From positions 5,642,001 to 5,706,000 of the forward strand of contig NC_043014.1 in assembly GCF_006345805.1 (NCBI RefSeq): a stretch of 64,000 nt of DNA, given 5' to 3'. Positions 40,146-52,500 of the stretch are shown piece after piece. Position numbers and translations under genes: made by a program. The notes beneath the pieces were generated by a model. It searched no databases, was not told where the DNA came from, and saw only the letters and a list, made by a program, of their open reading frames with translations. The DNA comes from Octopus sinensis (taxonomy: Eukaryota). Within the stretch, counting starts at the first letter, position 1. The number at the start of each line of letters is the position of its first letter.

Positions 40146-40557
40146 CATATTTGTGTGTATGTATCACAGTAGGTGATTTAAGTATATACGCATATATATA
40201 TATATATAATATTAATAAATAGAACATATGCATATATATAAAACATATATGTACGTACCTACCTCTACATGTACATATACACGCATATATGAGTACAGGA
40301 CACCAAAAAAACGTCGAACACAATGAGAAACGAAACATAGACACAACCCAGGAACTGGACATTTTTTAAACAACAAATAAATAGAGTACAGGACAATTAA
40401 CACAAGAAAAACCCCTTCTTCAGTGGCCATGGTTTCATCTACTCTATGTTTCGAATGTGAAGGCGAGACGTATCTTCGATAAGAAGCTTTCCTTCCTGCG
40501 AAAAGCAAATCAATTAAAATTGAGATCTTTCGCAGAGGGGTATATATATATGTATAT

Positions 40558-40600
<43 letters not shown>

Positions 40601-40704
40601 TATATATAACATATATATAATGAAAATAATGCAATACGAATGTATTGCTTTCCAGTAGAAGATAGCCCGTAAGGGTAAAATTATACATATAAAAGTAAAT
40701 AAAT

Positions 40705-41020
40705 GGTACAACGAAGTACCGATATTTACTGGAAAATACCGATCGTAATAAATACGACGCTATTGTATAGCTTCACTGCGTATATACTAGTAAAGACGTG
40801 TGTGTGAAACAAACATGAAATAAATTTGTCTTACCTCTAGGAAGAACATCCGTTTCTAGGTTTTTCATTTTTCAGATGTTCTTCCTAGAGGTAAGACAAA
40901 TTTATTTCATGTTTGTTGCACACACACGTCTTTACTAGTATATACGCAGTGAAGCTATACAATAGCGTCGTATTTATTACGATCGGTATTTTCCAGTAAA
41001 TATCGGTACTTCGTTGTACC
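40705..41020. repeat. Inverted repeat, 146-bp arms (one mismatch), 24-nt loop
   Basis: 40705-40850 versus 40875-41020. Confidence 0.93.
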
Positions 41021-41547
41021 GCCGTGATGGTGTCAAGCCTTTCTGGTGACGTTGATGTTCGCCTGGGGCTAAATGCAACAGTAACACCCCCACCACCCTG
41101 CCCTGTCCCTAGCCATATACAGATGGCTAATGTCCCTTATGTTATGGAGCAAGTTACTGTCTATATCTCATTTAGAGAATTATTATTGCTGTCGAACAGA
41201 TTTTCGAAATCAGTAAATGTATTTACTTGAAATTCTTTATATATATATCCTGCACGGGGAGTTGGTCGTCGAGGAGCGGTGCCTGCCATACGTTGATAAT
41301 AGGCAAACACCTTGAAACCTGGGTCCGTATGTGGCATCCGCTCATCGGGGAATGATCTCCCTTTGCAGGATAGAGGACGCCGTGATGGTGTCCAGCCTTT
41401 CTGGTGACGTTGATGTTCGCCTGGGGCCAAATGCAACAGTAACACCCCCACCACCCTGCCCTGTCCCTAGCAATATTCAGATGGCTAATGTCCCTTATGT
41501 TATGGAGCAAGTTACTGTCTATATCTCATTTAGAGAATTATTATTGC
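41021..41547. repeat. 169-bp direct repeat pair (41021-41189, 41379-41547)
   Basis: Near-identical copies, 358-bp period, first copy abutting the hairpin above. Confidence 0.9.
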
Positions 41548-41625
41548 AATATATATATACATATACATATATACAAGCATATATGTGTGTGTATGTATCA
41601 CAGAAAGTAATTTAAATGTATACGT

Positions 41626-41677
<52 letters not shown>

Positions 41678-41753
41678 TATATATGTAGGTCCCGGGTTGA
41701 TTCGGGGTTAACCACAGTAAATAAGGTACTCAAAACATAGCAGAGTAAAATTA

Positions 41754-42158
41754 ATTTATTATATAGAAGGAGCTTCTACAGGACTAGAACTGTTTCATTC
41801 AAGAGAAATATTCAGGAAGCTAGTTAACAAGAATGGTATTGGCATTTATACATTTAGGCAGGTTTAAAGGGGTGTTGGTGGGGGACTTTTTGGGGGTAGG
41901 CATAGCGCAAAAAATCATACTTGGGGGAGTGGTCAAGGAGTCAGTGTTAAATTAGATAGGAGAATAAATAAAAAATAATAAATAATAAATAAAAAATAAA
42001 AAATAAAAAATAAAAAATAAAAAATAAAAAATATAAAATATAAATATAAAAAATAAAAAATAAAAAATAAAAAATAGAAAATAGAAAAGAAAAAAATAAA
42101 AAAATATAAAAAAATATAAAAAAAAAAAAAAAAATAAAAAATAAAAAATAAAAAATAA

Positions 42159-42206
<48 letters not shown>

Positions 42207-42722
42207 AAAGGGGGGAATAGAGTTTTAGGTAAATAAGGAGATTCTCACTTATACCTCTACACATACACACATATATATATACAATCACACATACATATAC
42301 ATATCTACACATACACATATATGTATACATACACACACTCACTTGCATACACGTATACACACATGTATATATACACACACGACCACACATACATATACAC
42401 ACAGAAAAATATATATATACATTTTTATATTTTATATTTTTTATTTTTTATTTTTTATTTTTTATTTTTTATTTTTTATTTTTTATTTATTATTTATTAT
42501 TTTTTATTTATTCTCCTATCTAATTTAACACTGACTCCTTGACCACTCCCCCAAGTATGATTTTTTGCGCTATGCCTACCCCCAAAAAGTCCCCCACCAA
42601 CACCCCTTTAAACCTGCCTAAATGTATAAATGCCAATACAATTCTTGTTAACTAGCTTCCTGAAGATTTCTCTTGAATGAAACAGTTCTAGTCCTGTAGA
42701 AGCTCCTTCTATATAATAAATA
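41754..42722. repeat. Inverted repeat, ~300-bp arms around a (TA)/(CA)-rich spacer
   Basis: atttattatatagaaggagc...ggagaataaat mirrored at ~42420-42722. Confidence 0.88.
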
Positions 42723-42730
42723 AATATATA

Positions 42731-42806
<76 letters not shown>

Positions 42807-42934
42807 CATATACGTATATATTTAAATCATTTGCTGTGATACATACACACACACACATAGACATATAAATATATGTATCTTTTACCCGCACACACACACA
42901 TATATACCCCGCCATATATATATACAATATATAT

Positions 42935-43012
<78 letters not shown>

Positions 43013-43028
43013 CATATATATAATATAT

Positions 43029-43130
<102 letters not shown>

Positions 43131-43554
43131 GAATGAGGTAATCAGATCGGATGGTTCATATTTATAGATATTTATTTATATATTACATTTTTTACATATA
43201 TCTATCTATCATATCATTCAGATCATATCATTCGGATTATTAGCGCTTTCTCCCATTCCAGTGGGGTTTTCAAATCAAATCAATTCCTTTGTGGGGAATT
43301 TGAACATTTTATAGAGTTTCGTAGTAGTGGGGAGGAATAAGACAGTACAAGAGGGTGAGGAGGAAGTGAGACAGAGAAAACATGTGTGTATGTGTGTGTG
43401 TGTGTGTGTGAGTGTGCATGTGTGTGTGTGTATGTGTGTTGTGTGTGTGTGTGTGTGTGTGTGTGCGTTTGTATCTGAGAGGGAAGAAGAAGTATTTCCT
43501 TTGGCCTGCTGGACCCCCTAGGGATTTCTAAGAATTTTAGCTCTCTGTCCATTC

Positions 43555-46500
43555 TGGAGCCAACTCTGACCGATTGTTGCCAGCCATTCTCTGCGGCAAT
43601 ACTGACGGACACCACTAAACACACCATCCAAATCGAGGTATACAACCTTTTAGTTCAGTGTCTTCGCGCCGCACCATCATCGTCGAAGTCCTCCGTGGGA
43701 CGGCTTAATCCGATGCGGCCCAGGAAGTGGACCTAACTCAGACCGATTGTTGCCAGCCATTCTCTGCGGCAATACTGACGGACACCACTAAGCACACCAT
43801 CCAAATTGAGATATACAACATTTTAGTTAAGTGTCTTCAGGCCGCACCCTCACCGCCGAAGTCCTCCGTGGGACGGCTAAAACCGATGCGGCCCAGGAAG
43901 TGGAGCCAACTCTAACCGATTGTTGCCGGCCATTCTCTCCCCCAATACTGACGGAAACCACTAAACACACCAACCAATTGAAGTATACAACCTGTTTGTT
44001 CAGTATCTTAGCGCCTCACCCTCATTGGCGAAGTCCTCCGTGGGACGGCTAAAACCGATGTGGCCCGTGAACTAAAGCCAAGTCTGATCGATTGTTGCTG
44101 GCCATTCTCCGCGGCACTACAGACGGACACCACAAAACACACCATCCAAATTGAGATATACAACATTTTACTTCAGTCTCTTCCCGCCGCACCCTCATCG
44201 CCGAAGTCCTCCGTGGGACGGCTAAAACCGATGTGGCCCGTGAAGTAAAGCCAACTATGATCGATTGTTGCCGGCCATTCTCCGCGGCAATACTGACGGA
44301 TACCACTAAACACACCATCCAAATTGAGATATACAACATTTTACTTCAGTCTCTTCCCGCCGCACCCTCATCGCCGAAGTCCTCCGTGGGACGGCTAAAA
44401 CCGATGTGGCCCGTGAACTAAAGCCAACTATGATCGATTGTTGCTGGCCATTCTCCGCGGCAATACAGACGGACACCACAAAACACACCATCCAAATTGA
44501 GATATACAACATTTTACTTCAGTCTCTTCCCGCCGCACCCTCATCGCCGAAGTCCTCCGTGGGACGGCTAAAACCGATGTGGCCCGTGAACTAAAGCCAA
44601 CTATGATCGATTGTTGCCGGCCATTCTCCGTGGCAATACTGACGGATACCACTAAACACACCATCCAAATTGAGATATACAACTTTTTACTTCATTCTAT
44701 TCCCGCCGCACCTTCATCGCCGAAGTCCTCTGTGGTACGGCTAAAACCAATGTGACCCGGGAAGTGCAGCCAACACTGATCGATTGTTGCCGGCCATTCT
44801 CCGCGGCACTACAGACGGACACCACTAAACTCACCATCCAAATCGAGATATACATCTTTTTACTTCAGTCTCTTCCCGCCGCACCGTCATCACCGAAGTC
44901 CTCCGTGGGACGGCGAAAACCGATGTGGCCCGCGAACTAAAGCCAACTCTGATCGATTGTTGCCGGCCATTCTCCGCGGCACTACAGACGGACACCACTA
45001 AACACACCATCCAAACTGAAATATACAACTTTTTACTTCAGTCTCTTCCCGCCGCACCCTCATCGCCGAAGTCCTCAGTGGGACGGCTAAAACCGATGTG
45101 GCCCGTGAAGTAAAGCCAACTATGATCGATTGTTGCCGGCCATTCTCCGCGGAAATACTGACGGACACCACTAAACCCACCATCCAAATTGAAGTATACA
45201 ACCTTTTAGTTCAGTGTCTTCGCGCCGCACCCTCATCGCCGAAGTCCTCCGTGGGACGGCTAAATCCGATGCGGCCCAGGAAGTGGAGCCAACTCTGACC
45301 GATTGTTGCCAGCCATTCTCCGAGGCAATACAGACGGATACCACTAAACCCATCATCCAAATTGAGGTATACAACCTTTTAGTTCAGTGTCTTCGCGCCG
45401 CACCGTCATCGCCGAAGTCCTCCGTGGGACGGCTAAAACCGATGCGGCCCAGGAAGTGAAGCCAACTCTGACCGATTGTTGCCGGCCATTCTCCGAGGCA
45501 ATACAGACGGATACCACTAAACCCACCATCCAAATTGAGGTATACAACCTTTTAGTTCAGTGTCTTCGCGCCGCACTGTCATCGCCAAAGTCCTCCGCAG
45601 GACGGCTAAATCCGATGCGGCCCAGGAAGTGGAGCCAACTCTGACCGATTGTTGCCAGCCGTTCTCCGAGGCAATACAGACGGATACCACTAAACCCATC
45701 ATCCAAATTGAGGTATACAACCTTTTAGTTCTGTGTCCTCGCGCCGCACCCTCATCGCCGACGTTCTCCGTGGGACGGCTAAAACCGATGCGCCCAGGAA
45801 GTGCAGCCAATCCTGACCGATTTATGCCGGCCATTCTCCGCGCCAATACAGACGGACACCACAAAACAAACTATCCAAATCGAGGTATACAACTTCTAGT
45901 TCAGGGTCTTCGAACCACAAACACTCATCACCGAAGACCTCCGTGGGACGGCTAAATCCGATGCGGCCCAGGAAGTGGAGCCACTCTGACCGATTGTTGC
46001 CGGCCATTCTCCGCGGCAATACTGACGGACACCACTAAACACACCATCCAAATTGAGGTATACAACCTTTTAGTTAAGTGTCTTCAGGCCGCACCCTCAC
46101 CGCCGAAGTCCTCCGTGGGACGGCTAAAAACGATGCGGCCCAGGAAGTGGAGCCAACTCAGACCGATTGTTGCCGGCCATTCTCCGCGCCAATACTGACG
46201 GACACAACTAAACACATCATCCAAATTGAAGTATACAACCAGTTTGTTCAGTATCTTAGCGCCGCACCCTCATTGGCGAAGTCTTCCGAGGAACGGCTAA
46301 AACCGATGCGGCCCTAGAAGTGGAACCAACTCTGACCGATTGTTGCCGCCATTCTTCGCGGCAACACTGACGGACACCACTAAACACACCATCCAAATTG
46401 AGGTATACAACCTTTTGGTTCAGTGTCTTTGCACCGCACCCACATCGCGAAAGTCCCCGTGGGACAGCTAAAACCGATGCGGCCCAGGAAGTGGTGCTAA

Positions 46501-49500
46501 CACTGACCGATTGTTGCCGGCCATTCTCCACGGCAACACTGACGGACACCACTAAACACACCATCCAAATTAAGGTATACAACCTTTTAGTTAAGTGTCT
46601 TCATCCCGCACCCTCACCGCCGAAGTCCTCCGTGGAACGGCTAAAACCGATGCGGCCCAGGAAGTGTAGCAAATTCTGACCGATTGTTGCCGGCCATTCT
46701 CTGCCCCAATACTGACGGAAACCACTAAACACACCATCCCAATTGAAGTATACAACCTCTTTGTTCAGTATCTTAGCGCCTCACCCTCATTGGCGAAGTA
46801 CTCCGTGGGACGGCTAAAACCGATGCGGCCCAGGAAATGGAGCCAACTCTGACCGATTGTTGCCGGCCATTCTCCGCGGCAATACTGACGGACACCACTA
46901 AACACACCATACAAATTGAGGTATACAACCTTTTAGTTCAGAGTCTTCGCACCGCACCCTCATCACCGAAGTCCTCCGTGGGAAGGCTAGAACCGATGCG
47001 GCCCAAGAAGTGGAGCCAACTCTGACCGATTATTGTCCGGCTATTGTCCGCGGCACTACAGACGGACACCACTAAACACACCATCCAAATTAAGGTACAC
47101 AACCTTTTAGTTCAGTGTTTTCTCGCCGCACCCTCATCACCGAAGTCCACTGTGGGACGGCTAAAACCGATGCGGCCCAGGAAGTAGGGCCAATCCTGAC
47201 CGATTGTTGCCAGCCATACTCCGACCCAATACTGACGGACACCACTAAACGCACCATCCAAATTGTAGTATACAACCTTTTAGTTCAGTGTCTTCGCGCC
47301 GCACCCTCATCGCCAAAGTCCTCCGTGGGACGGCTAAAACCGATGCGGACCAGGAAGTGGAGCCAACTCTGATCGATTGTTGACGGCCATTCTCTACGGC
47401 AATACTGACGGACACCACTAAACCCACCATCCAAATTGAGGTATACAACATGTTTGTTTAGTGTCTTCGCGCCGCACCCTCATCGCCAAAGTCCTCCGTA
47501 GGACGGCTAAAACCGATGCGGCCCAGGAAGTGGAGCCAATTCCGACCGTTTTTGACGGCCATTCTCCGCGCCAATACAGTCGGACACTACTAAACACATC
47601 ATCCAAATTGAGGTATACAACCTTTTAGTTCAGTGTTTTCGCGCCGCATCCTCATCACCGAAGTCCTCCGTGGGAAGGCTAAAACCGATGCGGCCCAGGA
47701 AGTGGAGCCAAATTTGACCGATTGTTGCCGGCCATTCTCCGCGGCAATACTGACGGACACCACTAAACGCACCATCCAAATTGAGGTATACAACCTTTTA
47801 GTTCTGTGTCCTCGCGCCGCACCCTCATCGCCGACGTTCTCCGTGGGACGGCTAAAACCGATGCGCCCCAGGAAGTGCAGCCAATCCTGACCGATTTATG
47901 CCGGCCATTCTCCGCGCCAATACAGACGGACACCACAAAACAAACTATCCAAATCGAGGTATACAACCTTCTAGTTCAGGGTCTTCGAACCAAACACTCA
48001 TCACCGAAGACCTCCGTGGGACGGCTAAATCCGATGCGGCCCAGGAAGTGGAGCCAACACTGACCGATTGTTGCCGGCCATTCTCCGCGGCAATACTGAC
48101 GGACACCACTAAACACACCATCCAAATTGAGGTATACAACCTTTTAGTTAAGTGTCTTCAGGCCGCAACCTCACCGCCGAAGTCCTCCGTGGGACGGCTA
48201 AAACCGATGCGGCCCAGGAAATGGAGCCAACTCTGACCGATTGTTGCCGGCCATTCTCCGCGCCAATACTAACGGACACCACTAAACACACCATCCCAAT
48301 TGAAGTATACAACCTGTTTGTTCAGTATCTACGCGCCGCACCCTCATCGGCAAAGTCCACCGTGGGACGGCTAAAAACGATGCGGCCCAGGAAGTGGAGC
48401 CAACTCAGACCGATTGTTGCCGGCCATTCTCCGCGCCAATACTGACGGACACAACTAAACACATCATCCAAATTGAAGTATACAACCTGTTTGTTCAGTA
48501 TCTTAGCGCCGCACCCTCATTGGCGAAGTCTTCCGAGGAACGGCTAAAACCGATGCGGCCCTAGAAGTGGAACCAACTCTGACCGATTGTTGCCGCCATT
48601 CTCCGCGGCAATACTGACGGACACCACTAACACACCATCCAAATTGAGGTATACAACCTTTTGGTTCAGTGTCTCTGTCTTCGCGTCTAATCCTCATCGC
48701 CGAAGTCCTCCGTGGAACAGCTAAAACCGCGGCCCTGGAAGTGGAGCCAACTCTGACCGATTGTTGCCGCCATTCTTCGCGGTAACACTGACGGACACCA
48801 CTAAACACACCATCCAAATTGAAGTATACAACCTTTTAGTTAAGTGTCTTCATCCCGCACCCTCACCGCCGAAGTCCCTGTGGGACGGCTAAAACCGATG
48901 CGGCCCTAGAAGTGCAGCCAACTCTGACCGATTGTTGCCGGCCATTCTCCGCGGCAATACTGACGGACACCACTAAACACACCATACAAATTGAAAGTAT
49001 ACAACCTGTTGTTCAGTATCTTAGCGCCGCACCCTCATTGGCGAAGTCTTCCCGAGGAACGGCTAAAACCGATGCGGCCCTAGAAGTGGAGCCAACTCTG
49101 ACCGATTGTTGCCGCCATTCTTCGCGGTAACACTGACGGACACCACTAAACACACCATCCAAATTGAGGTATACAACCTTTTGTTCAGAGTCTTCGCACC
49201 GCACCCTCATCACCGAAGTCCTCCGTGGGACGGCTAAAACCGATGCGGCCCAGGAAGTGTAGCAAATTCTGACCGATTGTTGCCGTCCATTCTCTGCCCC
49301 AATACTGACGGAAACCACTAAACACACCATCCCAATTGAAGTATACAACCTGTTTGTTAAGTATCTTAGCACCTCACCCTCATTGGCGAAGTACTCCGTT
49401 GGACGGCTAAAACCGATGCGGCCCTAGAAGTGCAGCCAACTCTGACCGATTGTTGTCGGCCATTCTCCGCGGCAATACTGACGGACACCACTAAACACAC

Positions 49501-52500
49501 CATACAAATTGAGGTATACAACCTTTTAGTTCAGAGTCTTCGCACCGCACCCTCATCACCGAAGTCCTCCGTGGGAAGGCTAGAACCGATGCGGCCCAAG
49601 AAGTGGAGCCAACTCTGACCGATTATTGTCCGGCTATTGTCCGCGGCACTACAGACGGACACCACTAAACACACCATCCAAATTAAGGTATACAACCTTT
49701 TAGTTCAGTGTTTTCTCGCCGCACCGTCATCACCGAAGTCCACTGTGGGACGGCTAAAACCGATTCGGCCCAGGAAGTGGGGCCAATCCTGACCGATTGT
49801 TGCCGGCCATACTCCGACCCAATACTGACGGACACCCCTAAACGCACCATCCAAATTGAGGTATACAACCTTTTAGTTCAGTGTCTTCGCACCGCACCCT
49901 CATCACCGAAGTCCTCCGTGGGACGGCTAAAACCGATGCGACCCAGGAAGTGGAGCCAACTCTGATCGATTGTTGACGGCCATTCTCGCGGCACAATACT
50001 GACGGACACCACTAAACCCACCATCCAAATTGAGGTATACAACCTGTTAGTTCAGTGTCTTCGCGCCGGCACCCTCATCGCCAAAGTCCTCCATAGGACG
50101 GCTAAAACCGATGCGGCCCAGGAAGTGGAGCCAACTCTGACCTTTTTTGACGGCCATTCTCCGCGCCAATACAGTCGGACACTACTAAACACATCATCCA
50201 AATTGAGGTATACAACCTTTTAGTTCAGTGTCTTCGCGCCGCATCCTCATCACCGAAGTCCTCCGTGGGAAGGCTAAAACCGGTGCGGCCCAGGAAGTGG
50301 AGCCAAATTTGACCGATTGTTGCCGGCCATTCTCCGCGGCAATACTGACGGACACCACTAAACGCACCATCCAATTTGGGGTATACAACCTTTTAGTTCA
50401 GTGTATTCGCCCCGCACCCTCATCGCCAAAGTCCTCCGTTGGACGGCTAAAACCGATGCGCCCCAGGAAGTGCAGCCAATCCTGACCGATTTATGCCGGC
50501 CATTCTCCGCGCCAATACAGACGGACACCACAAAACAAACTATCCAAATCGAGGTATACAACCTTCTAGTTCAGGGTCTTCGAACCAAACACTCATCACC
50601 GAAGACCTCCGTGGGACGGCTAAATCCGATGCGGCCCAGGAAGTGGAGCCAACACTGACCGATTGTTGCCGGCCATTCTCCGCGGCAATACTGACGGACA
50701 CCACTAAACACACCATCCAAATTGAGGTATACAACCTTTTAGTTAAGTGTCTTCAGGCCGCACCCTCACCGCCGAAGTCCTCCGTGGGACGGCTAAAACC
50801 GATGCGGCCCAGGAAATGGAGCCAACTCTGACCGATTGTTGCCGGCCATTCTCCGCGCCAATACTAACGGACACCACTAAACACACACCATCCCAATTGA
50901 AGTATACAACCTTTTAGTTCAGTGTCTTCGCGCCGCACCCTCATCGGCAAAGTCCACCGTGGGACGGCTAAAAACGATGCGGCCCAGGAAGTGGAGCCAA
51001 CTCAGACCGATTGTTGCCGGCCATTCTCCGCGCCAATACTGACGGACACAACTAAACACATCATCGAAATTGAAGTATACAACCTGTTTGTTCAGTATCT
51101 TAGCGCCGCACCCTCATTGGCGAAGTCTTCCGAGGAACGGCTAAAACCGATGCGGCCCTAGAAGTGGAACCAACTCTGACCGATTGTTGCCGCCATTCTC
51201 CGCGGCAATACTGACGGACACCACTAAACACACCATCCAAATTGAGGTATACAACCTTTTGGTTCAGTGTCTTCGCGTCTAATCCTCATCGCCGAAGTCC
51301 TCCGTGGAACAGCTAAAACCGATGCGGCCCTGGAAGTGGAGCCAACTCTGACCGATTGTTGCCGCCATTCTTCGCGGTAACACTGACGGACACCACTAAA
51401 CACACCATCCAAATTGAAGTATACAACCTTTTAGTTAAGTGTCTTCATCCCGCACCCTCACCGCCGAAGTCCTCTGTGGGACGGCTAAAACCGATGCGGC
51501 CCTAGAAGTGCAGCCAACTCTGACCGATTGTTGCCGGCCATTCTCCGCGGCAATACTGACGGACCGCACTAAACACACCATCCAAATTGAGGTACACAAC
51601 CTGTTTGTTCAGTGTCTTCGCTCCGCACCCTCATCGCCGAAGTCCTCCGTGGGACGGCTAAAACCGATGCGGCCCAGGAAGTGGAGCCAACTCTGACCGA
51701 TTGTTGCCGGCCATTCTCCGCGCCAATACTGACGGACACTACTAAACACACCATCCAACTGAGGTATACAACCTGTTTGTTCAGTGTCTTCGCGCCCCAC
51801 CCTCATCGCCGAAGTCCTCTGTGAAACGTTCTAGAACCGAAGCGGCCCAGGAAGTGGAGCCAACTCTGACCGATTGTTGCCGGCCATTCTCCGCGGCAAT
51901 ACTGACGGTCACCACGAAACACACCATCCAAATTGAGGTATACAACATGTTTGTTTAGTGTCTTCGCGCCGCACCATCATCGCCGAAGTCCTCCGTGGGA
52001 CGGCCTAGAATCGAAGCGGCCCAGGAAGTGCAGCCAAATCTGACCGATTGTTGCCGGCCATTCTCCGCTGCAATACTGACGGACACCACTAAACACACCA
52101 TCCAAATCGAAGTATACAACCTTTTAGTTCAGTGTCTTCGCGCCGCACCCTCATCGTTGAAGTCCTCTGTGGGACGGCTAAATCCGATGCGGCCCAGGAA
52201 GTGGAGCCAACTCTGACCGATTGTTGCCAGCCATTCTCCGCGGCAATACTGACGGACACCACTAAACACACCATCCAAATTGAGATATACAACTTTTTAC
52301 TTCAGTCTCTTCCCGCCGCACCGTCATCACCGAAGTCCTCCGTGGGACGGCTAAAACCGAATAGGCCCGTGAACTAAAACCGGCTAATCTCCCCGGCACT
52401 ACAGACGGATACCACTAAACACACCATCCAAATTGAGATATACAACTTTTTAGTTCAGTGTCTTCGCGCCGCACCCTCATCGCCGAAGTCCTCGGTGGGA

